Assembly (NCBI GenBank): GCA_002269645.1
Contig: NIVC01000927.1
Location: 62,001 to 126,000, forward strand
Source of the DNA: Macrostomum lignano
Lineage: Eukaryota
Direction of reading: 5' to 3'
DNA length: 64,000 bases
Program-made: the position numbers and the translations under genes
Notes under the pieces: model-generated
What the model was told of the DNA's origin: nothing
Seen by the model: only the letters and a program-made list of their open reading frames with translations
The model's database searches: none
Shown here: piece after piece, positions 1 to 12,167 of the stretch
How the letters are laid out: each line of letters starts with the position of its first letter
Position numbering within the stretch: position 1 is the stretch's first letter

Positions 1-890
1 GAGGTATACAATAATGGTAGATTGTGTATATGGTTTTGGAGGTAGACAATAATGGTAGATTGTGTATTTGGTTTTGGAGGTAGACAATAATGGTAGATTG
101 TGTATATGGTTTTGGAGGTAGACAATAATGGTAGATTGTGTATATGGTTTTGGAGGTAGACAATAATGGTAGATTGTGTATATGGTTTTGGAGGTAGACA
201 ATAATGGTAGATTGTGTATTTGGTTTTGGAGGTAGACAATAATGGTAGATTGTGTATATGGTTTTGGAGGTAGACAATAATGGTAGATTGTGTATATGGT
301 TTTGGAGGTAGACAATAATGGTAGATTGTGTATTTGGTTTTGGAGGTAGACAATAATGGTAGATTGTGTATATGGTTTTGGAGGTAGACAATAATGGTAG
401 ATTGTGTATATGGTTTTGGAGGTAGACAATAATGGTAGATTGTGTATTTGGTTTTGGAGGTAGACAATAATGGTAGATTGTGTATATGGTTTTGGAGGTA
501 TACAATAATGGTAGATTGTGTATATGGTTTTGGAGGTAGACAATAATGGTAGATTGTGTATATGGTTTTGGAGGTAGACAATAATGGTAGATTGTGTATA
601 TGGTTTTGGAGGTAGACAATAATGGTAGATTGTGTATATGGTTTTGGAGGTAGACAATAATGGTAGATTGTGTATTTGGTTTTGGAGGTAGACAATAATG
701 GTAGATTGTGTATATGGTTTTGGAGGTATACAATAATGGTAGATTGTGTATATGGTTTTGGAGGTAGACAATAATGGTAGATTGTGTATATGGTTTTGGA
801 GGTAGACAATAATGGTAGATTGTGTATTTGGTTTTGGAGGTAGACAATAATGGTAGATTGTGTATATGGTTTTGAAGGTAGACAATAATG
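1..890 (+). repeat. 38-bp satellite (GAGGTAGACAATAATGGTAGATTGTGTATATGGTTTTG)n, G/T-rich strand
   Basis: Direct 38-bp periodicity, ~23 units visible, truncated by the window edge. Confidence 0.98.
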
Positions 891-2386
891 ATTAATTTTT
901 CACGATCGTGATGAAGCCACATAACTATACTTCTACACCTAATGCTGAATTTTAATGAAATAATTATATTATCTATCGCAGTCCTACCTAGGTCGTGAAA
1001 AACTTTAAAAATAATTTTGTAAACACTAATACCGTAATTATCGATAGTGATAAGTCACTAATGCACTTTCATTTTGGTTCTACAACAACTAAGAGCTAAC
1101 TATAATTACAAAACTTTGACTACAGAAAAGAAAAATTAACCAGAGTTCCAGACAGAAATTATTTAATCAAGTCCAACATTTCAATTTAATTAAATAGATT
1201 ATGTAAGCAACAAGTTGTAGATCGAATTTTTATATTTATGTATTTTTTAATAGCTAGAAGCGTTAATAGGTAAGCTAAGCTGACCTTTTTGTTGAGTTCA
1301 ACCGCAGCAGCAGCAGAGACAGCCAGAAGAAGAAAGCAAATAATTGCTTTAACAAGCACAACCGATTAGAAAATTCTGAAAACCCGAAAGCAAGCTTGAA
1401 CAAGGCTCTGACGAACTAAGCTATTTAAGATAAAACACGAGACAAAATATACATAGCGGAGATAAACAAACAATAAACAATAAAACTAAAGTTCTATTAG
1501 AAGATTCATCACAAAATGTACCGGTGCCTTACATTTCATACCTAAAGCCTTTTTAGGTTCAATCCAACAGTACAAAAGTACCAAATTAGCAATAAAAAGT
1601 ACACAGTGTACTCAATTGACCAGATTGGAAATTAAAATGTCTCAAATAATTATTATTAAATCGTATTTCGCAGCACTAATTCAAATTTGTGACTCTAAGA
1701 GTTTGAACATTGAATAATTGAGGATTAATGCGAGAGAAGTTAAAACATTTTAAAAAACAAGCCATTTAAGTGCGCGTTTAAAAAGGCGCGATTCCTCGAT
1801 ATCAGCAAAACTATAACAAAATTAGATCGATATTGATTGAAATATTTCTACTGATTAAATCGTATACTCGTGTATTTATAAAAGACGGTTTAAACACAAT
1901 TTGTGAGAGTTGAAAACGTATGACAATGCAGTTCACCTGTCACTCAAGTGCGGGAATGTGATCAAGTTAATTATTCATAACCGTAACTTAGCTTAGGATA
2001 TTGTGGGATATTTGTGGACTAATAGGGACAAAAGCGTAAGGTTGACCAATAAGATTGGCTGTGACAGATTCACGATATTTATTCAATATTTTAACCAAGC
2101 ACTATAATTATACCAATTACATAACCTAGTTATAACAAACATATTAGAGACAAGCAAGCATCAAACTACTCAACCATTCATAAGTTTTGTTGCATAAATT
2201 TGGCATGAGACTACTGTGATTTTCACATGGTCTTCTGTATGTCTGTTATGATAAAATAATAAGAAGATGATACCTAAGATTCAGGTGTAAAACTCACTTT
2301 CAGAGTGCTTTAAAAATTATCTGATTATTATTGTAATCCACTTATTTTTCCTGTAACTTAAACCTGAGTTTCCACTACAACCCACT

Positions 2387-3131
2387 CCTGATGTCACCGT
2401 AACTTCTCCTGATGTCACTGTAACCTACACCTGATGTCACTGTAACCTACACCTGATGTCACTGTAACCTACACCTGATGTCACTGTAACCTACACCTGA
2501 TGTCACTGTAACCTACACCTGATGTCACTGTAACCTACACCTGATGTCACTGTAACCTACACCTGATGTCACTGTAACCTACACCTGATGTCACTGTAAC
2601 CTACACCTGATGTCACTGTAACCTACACCTGATGTCACTGTAACCTACACCTGATGTCACTGTAACCTACACCTGATGTCACTGTAACCTACACCTGATG
2701 TCACTGTAACCTACACCTGATGTCACTGTAACCTACACCTGATGTCACTGTAACCTACACCTGATGTCACTGTAACCTACACCTGATGTCACTGTAACCT
2801 ACACCTGATGTCACTGTAACCTACACCTGATGTCACTGTAACCTACACCTGATGTCACTGTAACCTACACCTGATGTCACTGTAACCTACACCTGATGTC
2901 ACTGTAACCTACACCTGATGTCACTGTAACCTACACCTGATGTCACTGTAACCTACACCTGATGTCACTGTAACCTACACCTGATGTCACTGTAACCTAC
3001 ACCTGTCACTGTAACCTACACCTGATGTCACTGTAACCTACACCTGATGTCACTGTAACCTACACCTGATGTCACTGTAACCTACACCTGATGTCACTGT
3101 AACCTACACCTGATGTCACTGTAACCTACAC
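2387..3131 (+). repeat. 22-bp minisatellite (CCTGATGTCACTGTAACCTACA)n, ~34 copies, just downstream of the guanylate kinase stop
   Basis: Period 22 (CCTGA at 2408 and 2430); near-perfect units. Confidence 0.97.
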
Positions 3132-3205
3132 CACCGGACTTTGCTGTAAACCAACCCTGAGGTTACTGCAACCTACTATAACAGCAGTCTCCCTGTAGCT
3201 CTCAA

Positions 3206-4881
3206 TCAGCTTGCGGATGCTTTGACTGCCAATGCGCGGGCCACGTCGTCGGCCAGAAATTTGTCCAACTCGGCGAAAGCGGCGTCCAGATTATCGTTGA
3301 CAATCACGACGTCGTAGGCGCCGGCCTGATCGGCGTAGGCGTTGCCAGCCTCGGCTTCGGCCAGACGGAGGCGGATTTTCTCGTCGTCATCTGTACAGCG
3401 GGCTCGGAGTCGCTGCTCGAGGTCTGTCATGCTGGGCGCTTTGATGTACACGTAGGTTGGCGGCGGCTGCAGCTTGGCGGCTTTGAAACTCTTGACGCCC
3501 TGTGGCGATTAGGAATTCGGTACGGTTCTCAGTTGACGGCACGGGTAGTATATTATGCTACAATAATCATATAGGCCACTCAGAGCACACAGGAGGCACT
3601 CCGCCAAAACTGAGGCCCAGGCCAGTTCGTTTCCTTACTATATGCAGATGCACAAGATTTTCGATAATTCCGGGATAGCAAAACCGACCTTGAATCTTTA
3701 AATCCATTTTAAGGCTAATGGGCTGGGCTGGGCTGGTCCGCCAAAGCCCGATGAAAACGTTATAGAGGCCAAGAAGCGTCCCGGAGTCACTTGTGTAGCC
3801 ACAGAGTCGTTTCAGACGCGCTGCAGATGACACAGGTCCAACAGGAAAGAAGTGATTCTAGCATTTTCTATTCGCCCGGAAATGACGATCCAGCAGTCTG
3901 TTTAAGGCCGGTAGTAACGACTCTGTAACGCGTCCAGAACGCCTCAGAAGTGACGCACTGACGCAGACAATATAAAACGTTTCAAAGTGATTGTGGGGCG
4001 ACTATTTGACGACTTTTTGGCGACTTGTACCGTAACATCTTGTTGTTTTAGAGTCGTTTAGAATCGCTTCTTTCCTGTCTGACCTGTGTCATCTGCAACG
4101 CGTCTGAAACGACTCTGGAAGCCTCAGTTGGGGGAGTCACTTCCGTCTCAAGCGTTCCCTTTCTGAGCAGGCACACGGGCGTGTGAGACTAAAAACTAAA
4201 AGAAAACTTTCCATTTTTGCGAATTAATGTCAATTTAGACGTAATTATGTATATCAGCTAGCTAATTTAAACTGGCATTTCGTATGCTTAAAATGGTTCA
4301 TTGCCCTAAAACTATAAATACCAGTGAAAAATAAGTTACTAATGCAATATTTGTTTTAACTTATATATAAGATATTCTCAAAAACGCTGTTGTAAACGCA
4401 CATTGAATTTGTATTACTGAGTACGTTAAATGCCACTTGCGCAGCCGAAATTGATAAATCTTAAAAGCAATAACAAATCAGTATTAACACCTGAACAAAC
4501 CTGCACATCCACATCTAGCACGGGAATTTGTCCGCTATTGATAACATCCGTCACGGCTTTGTAACTGGTGCCATAGCGGTTGCCGGCAAAATGGGTGGAC
4601 TCAATAAACTTGCCGGCGTCAATGTCAGCCAGCATCTCGGCCTCGGTCACGTACCAATAGTGCTGGCCGTGCTTTTCGCCGGCTCTCGGCTGTCTGGTTG
4701 TGTGCGACACGCAGAACCGAAAGCAGCCGGGATGACGCTCCATCAGATGCTGGATTAGTGTAGACTTGCCGCTGCCGCTAGGCCCGCTGAATACAATTGG
4801 CCGAATGCCAGTTGATGCCGACATTGCTGCAATCCTTCTGCTGCTGCTCACAATGCCGACAAAGGAGATTGGCAAGCGCAT
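3206..4881 (-). CDS. GUK1: Guanylate kinase, two exons: complement(join(3206..3499,4501..4881)), 224 aa
   Basis: P-loop SGPSGSGKST, VSHTTRQPR, FIESTHFAGNRYGT and LDVDVQ|GVKS joined across a phase-0 GT..AG intron; LEQRLRAR and YDVVIVNDNLD in exon 2. Confidence 0.93.
3803..4116. mobile_element. MITE/foldback-like dispersed repeat in the guanylate kinase intron (58-bp inverted arms 3803-3860 and 4059-4116)
   Basis: Arms match 54/58 by eye; related sequence at ~4930-5045 and 62845-63065. No TSD identified. Confidence 0.6.
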
Positions 4882-5604
4882 CAATTTACAGATTTATGAG
4901 CAGAAATATCAGTTTATGTTACCTCGCCCCAGAGCGTTTCAGAGTTGTTAAATTACAACTCTAAAACCACAAAATGTCACGGCACAAGTTTCTAAAAAGT
5001 CATCTGAGTCAATATGAGGCGTTTTATTGTTTGCGACTCTGGGGCAACAGAGAGAATGGTATCTGAGGCGTGCTAGAGTTGTGTATAAAACACATATGCA
5101 TCACTTTATGAGTTAGAATCACATAGGCATTTTTAGCACTCTTTTATGATTTTAAAACTCATGTGATGCATTGGTGACTCAAACAGTTGCCTCTCTATTA
5201 CATAAAATCAATTGAGTTGTTAAAAATTCACAAGAGTAGTAATAGAAAATTACTTACATACTCCAATTTTCAATTGCAAAACAAGTAGTAAGGTACCCAT
5301 CAGAAATTCTACTATGCACATACCACATTTTCCCATTTCAAATCAAATAGTAAGGTACCAAACCAGCTGGAACAGGGTATTCTACAGGAATTCTCAATAC
5401 ACAGTTTACACTGCCTGCCCCACAAAGAACCCAAAAGAAAAGACCTCACACACAAGAATTAGAAACAATACAAACTCCCATTTTGGCAGTTTTATTGGCA
5501 ACCTTTTCCATTTCTGTATATGTCCACTTTTTTAATAATTAAACATATTTGAATTATATTGAGGAAAATATAATACCTTAAAGAAATTTAAGAAATTTAA
5601 TTTA

Positions 5605-6010
5605 AGGCACCTACACACAAGGGTAAAGGAGCATTGTACAAGAGCTAGCACTGTGTACGACCACCTCCTGATGTGCAATCAATGTGCCAAAGTTAGAAAT
5701 GCTGAGAAATTTGAAATTATTGATCATAATTGCCAGAGTTTTAAGTTGTCTACTCTTGAGGCATTGTACATTAAACAGCTAAAGCCTACCATGAACATCC
5801 AACTTGGTGGTAGAGGGGCGAGTGTCCATCTAAGGGTGTTCTGACCCCATGCACTTGCCTCTTATTTAGGGCCATCTAACTCAGTTACCCATACTTACAA
5901 TCTTTTTGGCCTACTAGACTTTAAAAAATTACCATCTTTCTGAAACTATATTATTGCCTTGCCTGAAGATGCCAATTTTTCGGCAAAACATGTCGCGCAA
6001 AGATTGATTA
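5605..6010 (+). mobile_element. 3' fragment of a Penelope-like element: C-terminal half of a GIY-YIG endonuclease plus 3' UTR with a degenerate hammerhead motif
   Basis: Frame reads RHLHTRVKEHCTRASTVYDHL...KFEII...KLSTLEALYIKQLKPTMNIQ, matching the R.L..R..EH ... F.I ... EAL.I...P..N pattern of PLE GIY-YIG domains; CTGAAGA..AAAACATGTC at 5963-5994. Confidence 0.75.
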
Positions 6011-8155
6011 ATAAATTATAATTTCATAATTTTGTATTATTAAAGATAAAATATGAATGTTCGCCTTTGCTTTCATTTTCCTGACTTTCCTGAAAGAAAT
6101 AATTTGAATTGAATTTTATGAACTAAAATATAATAGGCCAAAAGAAATAAAAAGTTTACAATTAACATTCACTGATTGAGAAGGCCATCACTGCCAGAAA
6201 AGAGGCCGGTAATTTTAAGATCCTTGGTATATTTAAGCAAATAAAATGAAAAAAAACAGTCACTTGTCCTTGGTGAGCACCCCAGCTCCAGGGCTTGTAT
6301 ACTGCAGAGAGAAGATGCAGGACATTAATACCCAATCAAGAAAGGATTTTGTTAAACAAAAAGCTTAACACTTGCTTATTTCCTCTCACATATTGCTGGG
6401 CTAACTCTTTCATTATGTTTCCTTTATCTATACTTGGTTATTTTAGGATATATGAATGATTGTTAAGACAAGATTAGAAAAATTGGAGGTCTAACTATAA
6501 GGGAAAGAGGATTGGATTGTGTTAGGAACTGCTAAAATTGTGCCATGCAATATAACTCCCATTGTGTTTTGAGAATTCCTGTAGAATACTCTATTCCAGC
6601 TAGGCTTAGTTTAGTACTTTTCTATTTGATTTGTAATGGAAAAATGTATTAGACACATAATAAAATTCTTAGCAAGTACCTTACTACTTACTTGTTTTGC
6701 AATCAGTAGTAGTAATAAAAATTACATATACTTATATATTCCAGTTTTCAATTGCTAAGCAACATAACTTTTATTCCTACTATAAACATACAATGTAAAT
6801 CTTTATATTTCACTGATGTTTAATATATATCTTTTTTCAACTGCAGAGTTGGTAGTAAGCAAATTATTAATATATAGTTTAATTGTATAAAGTTGATAAT
6901 GGTATAGGCTTTTTGGCACTATAAAATGTATGATTCTCTATCTCTCTTTTTTTCTCTTGGCTTTACTCTAAAATAATAGATATGATTTCATTGCAAGCTA
7001 GCTTGGTTACAATTTATTGCTCCTAGATTCTTTTGTGTATCCTTTTAAAAAGATTTACCTTTTTATATTATTTATTAGTTCTAATCAAAAATAATGTTTA
7101 TTAAGTTTTTAGTTTTTTTGCACTTAATTTTGATTGCCTTAGGCCTTGGTTTTTTTAGCTGTAATTGTGATTGTAATGTAATTGTAAAATTTTGTAATTT
7201 TTATCTATTTATTTTCTTTTACATTGCAACTTACTCTCCATTTACAGCCTTGATAGTCATAATGTTGACTATAGCAGCAGCAAAAAATGTTATTCAGTAC
7301 TATTAGCAATGATAGTGCTCTAGCTACCATATCTTGAGTCTTCCTGGTAGCTGGTGCTAGCTTGTATAAGGAATCATGCATGAATCATGAATTGGAATCA
7401 TACATTTAGACAGCCTGACAAAAAGGATTGTAAGTAACTAATATTCACTTTATTTTAATGTCCTTTAAAATTTAATTTTTTTTTATTAACATGACATTTT
7501 TGAAATAAACCTTTTGTCTTCCATGTTTTCTATACATAATTGTATGATTTCTTTCTTATACCATGTAACTTGAAAAAAAAGCTAAAAATTTATTATAAAT
7601 TTATAACCTACTCCAAATTTTTCTATTGCTATACTTTTTTATTCCTTATTGTGTTCATACCCAGATTTTCCCTGTGTAAAGTCTAAAGCTGTGTAAAGGG
7701 TTAATGTTTTCTCACTGTTGTAGTGTAGTGCTTAGAATGTTAATTTATTGAGTTTAAAATGAAAATAAATCCCAGTCACTGTTCAAATGAAAAATTTTGC
7801 AATGTAAAAAGCATTAAATTATAAAGAACTGCTCTTTGCTAAATATTAAGGGGATCTCAGTTAATCTATAACTATGTGACTGATTTAAGAAATGTAATCT
7901 ATAGGCTAAATGGGCCTATACTACAAGATTTTTGCACATTATTTAATGGTAAGACTGGATGGGCAGGGATTGGGGTAATAAATATATAACTGCTTGAAAC
8001 TAATCTATTGTTGTGATATACAGGCCTAATAGGCCTAGTGATTTGTTCATTAGCAAGCATATATCAATATTTGATGCAAAAAACCAGAATAATCTTGATA
8101 GTATTTATATTCTTATTACTACTATTAAGACTACCAAGATTAGCTTACAAAGGCA

Positions 8156-8624
8156 CCATAGTCAGGAAAGTGGCACAGCATGTGCCGGAATAATTTTTTT
8201 GGGACAATCTGCGTGCCATCTATGCACCATTTGTATACCATCTGTGCGCCATGTCTGTGCCCTTATTTTATATATTTTATGTAATTTACGTTTTTTACAT
8301 AAATTACATATTTTATAACAAATTTACAAAATTCTTAGAATTCATACAGACTCAATATGCTATACCAGTTTTGTTAATAAAGATTTGATTTTGATTCCTT
8401 ATGCACCAAAGTTGTGCATAGCATCGCATATGTCAGGGACCTTATCTTATGCGCCGCAATTATACACCACATGCGCTAGCCGCTAGGGACCTCAGTGTGC
8501 GCCGTGATTGTGCGCCGCATGCGCCAGGGACCTCAGTATGCGCCATGATTGTGCACCAAGTGCGCCAAGGACCCCTTGTATGCGCTGGAATTTTCCATGG
8601 CAAAGGCCACCTTCCTGACTATGG
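8156..8624. mobile_element. 469-bp MITE with 19-bp TIRs and an 8-bp TSD (hAT/P-type TSD length)
   Basis: TIR CCATAGTCAGGAAAGTGGC (8156-8174) vs reverse complement of 8606-8624, 18/19 match; CAAAGGCA at both 8148-8155 and 8625-8632; internal GCGCC motif repeats. Confidence 0.88.
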
Positions 8625-11144
8625 CAAAGGCAAAGTAAGAAGTACCAAGTCAGCTTTATCTTACTAGGCCTATGAATCTTAGTAGGAATCTTAGTAAGAT
8701 TAAACATTTTACCATTATTAATATGCTAGATTTTATTAAGATAAGTTAGATAACTATAGGGTGTTGACTAGGAATGATATATATTGAGTAAAATTTTGAA
8801 ACCCTTGGCCTTCACCAAAAAGCTACCTTTATGCCTAACTGAAATATTCATTTACCAAAATATCTATCTATCCTGTAGCACGCAAGCGCAAAGTGCGGCA
8901 TGGGGGATTTGGTGAGGGGGTGGCGCAACTCAACCCACTGGTGGGAATTAAAGACATTGCTTAACTTTTGTGCCCGTGTGACAGCGTGAGTGGGGGGGAG
9001 TTTTAGCTGTCACTGAGTATATATCAAAAACAACTAAAGGGCCTGTAGTGCAATATTGTAAGGTAGATAGTAGAGGAAGGGATGGGTGATAGTAGGTTTA
9101 AGTTTGGAAAGTGAGTTTGAGTGATTTTAATTAAAGAAATGAAATATGTAATATACAAAGGCAAAGCTTTTTTATTTGTGTATATATCTAGGCCTATATA
9201 TAATTATAAAAAGAATTTAAAGTCTTCCAAAGTCTTTGGTAAGCCTAAAGTCAATTTTATACTTTGCTCTAAAATTATGTATTCAAAAGTTATAATAAAA
9301 TCATTAATAAATATTTGCTAAAGCTTTTTACCAAAAATATATAACCAAAATAAGCCTTTTAATTTTAATAATAGATACCAATTTTAAAAGTATTGAAAAT
9401 ATTTGAATATATTTGAATATAAAGAAGATTTGAATATATTAAATTATGAATATTTAGAATATAATATGAATATATTAAATTTGACTATATTAAATATTTG
9501 AATATATTAAAAATTTGAATATATTTTGTGAAAATACATATACAACACCTAGACCTAGTAGATCTGGTTGATCCAGATCTTTAAAAAGTTGCTAGCTAGC
9601 CAAAGTAAGTTGCAAAATTAGGCCTAGTTCTTTCCAGAACCAATAAATAGAAAAGGCAACAAAATAGTAAAGAAAAAGGAAAAAAGAGACAATAAAAAGG
9701 GGGAAATGAAGTTAAAACTAGATTATTAGAAAAAGAAAAATATTTACACATGTTTTAGGGTTATATTGTACCAAATACCATATACTAAATGTTGTCTTAC
9801 AAAAATATGTCATATTTGCCTAGTCAATAGAGAAAGTTGAAATATACTAGATACATATTTATTATTTAGCAACTTCTAAAAAGGAAACTAATTTAAAATT
9901 TAACCAAATTTCAATAAAATATTTAGGTATCATATTAATAAGATAAGCAAATATAAAAATATAGTAAATTTACCTTCTTAGAATATGCAAAGATCATGAC
10001 TAATGCCATGTCATTATATGTAAGCTATGTATTAGGACTATGTGATTAAGCTTTAATGTGTAATACTATTAAGGATTAATGATTTTAAAGTCATATTGAC
10101 ATTTATTAAGGATTTTTAAGCAATCAATAGGTTTTTAACAATGAGTATAAGTATTAAGTCATAAATGTATCTTTGAATGGCATTATGTTTAAGCCAATGT
10201 TCTTATATATAGGTTATCTTTTTTGTTTTTCTTACTTTAGAGACATTGGTCATCTGTGCAATTGAATTAATCAACAACATTAACATATAGATATAGAGCC
10301 AGGGGGACATTTAAGACTTTAGACAACTTGGTAGTACAAAAAAGACCATTTTGCTTTTGTGTTAAGCAAAATAACTTATACTTTTTGTTCTTGAGAGCCT
10401 ATATGGGATGGCCATAAAAAGGCAAGACTAGAGTGGCTTCATTGAAATCTTTATAGCAATTGCCAATAGAGGTTAAGTAGGTTGGATAGAGGTTAGTCAG
10501 TATGTTTTTTTAATCAGTTGACCCAAGTATTGCAGACAATTGAAGCTTTATAGAGCATGTGTACAATAAGATCAAAAGATGAGTTAAGCCAGATACAAAG
10601 TGTAAAAGCTAAGGTTAGGGATGATATTTCCCTTTGATTAAACTCAAATTTATATCTAATTTAATTAAAATTTTGGCATCTGGGTCCAAAGTTAGAATGC
10701 CAAAATTTAATTTGATATGTCTTCTTTGATTTTTTAATTAGAGGCAAAGTCTGCATGCATTCTGGTGCATGTTAAGCAAAATTGTCACACAATTCTGCCA
10801 ACTTCCCTGAGCAGTCACACAAGTGTGCAGATACATATGCAGTCATATGCACAATTAAACATGCACAGTGTTTACTGTTAGGCATGAACACTTTACTGTA
10901 CCTTGAGGGTTGGCCATCAAGGCCGTTAATTGCACGAGCAGAGCCAAGCCGAGATTCCAATTCAGCCCCAAATTAATGCGACTGCACTTGGAATCGAGCC
11001 TGGGCCGCTGGCACATCAGAGCGCCGCGCTAGACCACTAGGGCCCCTCTGTCATGTCACACACCCATGATGACACAGACAAACCTAGCAGGTACCTAATT
11101 ATTAAACTGCTCATTCTACTCCAGCTTACCTTGAGTGCAAAGCT

Positions 11145-11855
11145 ATGGTTGGCGAGTTGGAAGCTGGCAATGATAAAAAAGATGCCGCTGCCGTCGCGAG
11201 TCCGACTTCAACCAGCCTGTCGCCACTGCGTCGAACTTCCCGGGTGCGCAAGGAGCCGTATAAGTACCGCATGGCTCTAGCCGAGCTGGCTCCAGCCGCC
11301 ATCCAGCAGAGTCCAAAGTCGGCGGCTGGCCGGGGCGCCGGCGGCAGGCACCAGGCGGCGTCGGATTCGGCAGAGGCCACCGTTGCAGCTGCTGCAGCCG
11401 CCGCGGCCGCAGAATCGGCCATCCGGGCGATGAAATCCGGGCCGGCCTGCGTAGCGCCGGTCAGCTCGGACAGTTTAGTCCAAATTGGCGTCCGCTATGC
11501 CATTGGCGATGTTGTCCAGCTGAAGGACAAGCAGTCCCAGGGGGTGGCTTACTATGCTCTGCTGCGCGGCCTGCTGCAGGATCAGTACCTAACTGGCTAT
11601 TGCGTGCTCACCTGGCTGCTGCCAACTACCGCTGCCCCGCCCGATGGCAGCTTCGATCCGGCCGCCTACCTGCCCGGCCCCGACGAGGACGCGCCGAGGC
11701 CGTTGGACTCTGTCCGGTTCGTCTGCAGCCGATCGGCCATTGCTGGCCGGTTAGCATGTCGGATTCGAGCTCAGGAAATCATTGGCGGACCGTCAGGTGG
11801 GGATTGTCTTCCTTTAAAGTCCAAGACCAGTCCATATGTATATTGGCTAGATTAG
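11145..11855 (+). CDS. GATAD1: GATAD1-like protein, main exon (left copy); true start and other exons unresolved
   Basis: YAIGDVVQL..YYALLRGLLQDQY..CVLTWLLPT..FDPAAYLPGPDEDAPR..FVC resembles, from recall, the conserved C-terminal region of GATAD1. No GATA zinc finger is visible in this ORF. Confidence 0.7.
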   Translation: MVGELEAGNDKKDAAAVASPTSTSLSPLRRTSRVRKEPYKYRMALAELAPAAIQQSPKSAAGRGAGGRHQAASDSAEATVAAAAAAAAAESAIRAMKSGPACVAPVSSDSLVQIGVRYAIGDVVQLKDKQSQGVAYYALLRGLLQDQYLTGYCVLTWLLPTTAAPPDGSFDPAAYLPGPDEDAPRPLDSVRFVCSRSAIAGRLACRIRAQEIIGGPSGGDCLPLKSKTSPYVYWLD

Positions 11856-12150
11856 CAATCCATATGCATACTGGCTAGATTAGCAATCCATATGCATACT
11901 GGCTAGATTAGCAATCCATATGCATACTGGCTAGATTAGCAATCCATATGCATACTGGCTAGATTAGCAATCCATATGCATTCTGGCTAGATTAGCAATC
12001 CATATGCATTCTGGCTAGATTAGCAATCCATATGCATACTGGCTAGATTAGCAATCCATATGCATACTGGCTAGATTAGCAATCCATATGCATACTGGCT
12101 AGATTAGCAATCCATATGCACTCTGGCTAGATTAGCAATCCATATGCATA
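11846..12150 (+). repeat. 28-bp minisatellite (GCTAGATTAGCAATCCATATGCATACTG)n, ~11 copies
   Basis: Period 28 (11846, 11874, ...); the array begins at the end of the GATAD1-like ORF. Confidence 0.96.
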
Positions 12151-12167
12151 CAACTGCCGTTTCTTAG

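Noticed and set aside
1-890. Telomeric repeat (G/T-rich strand)
   Set aside because: The unit is 38 bp without TTAGGG-like motifs, and identical arrays occur internally at 50-54 kb.
4528-4951. Antisense ORFs over guanylate kinase (likewise over annexin, the GATAD1-like exon, pol and the LINE)
   Set aside because: Shadow frames of GC-rich coding sequence with no independent evidence.
7094-10976. Short ORFs in the AT-rich block (7094, 8013, 8449, 8492, 9121, 10772, 10782) and their mirrors
   Set aside because: No recognisable domains; several overlap the MITE or low-complexity DNA. Their identity across arms only reflects the duplication.
11041-11144. Upstream exon encoding the GATA zinc finger of GATAD1
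   Set aside because: A GT..AG pair exists (11091-11124), but the joined frame gives no CxxC...CxxC and hits a TAG upstream.
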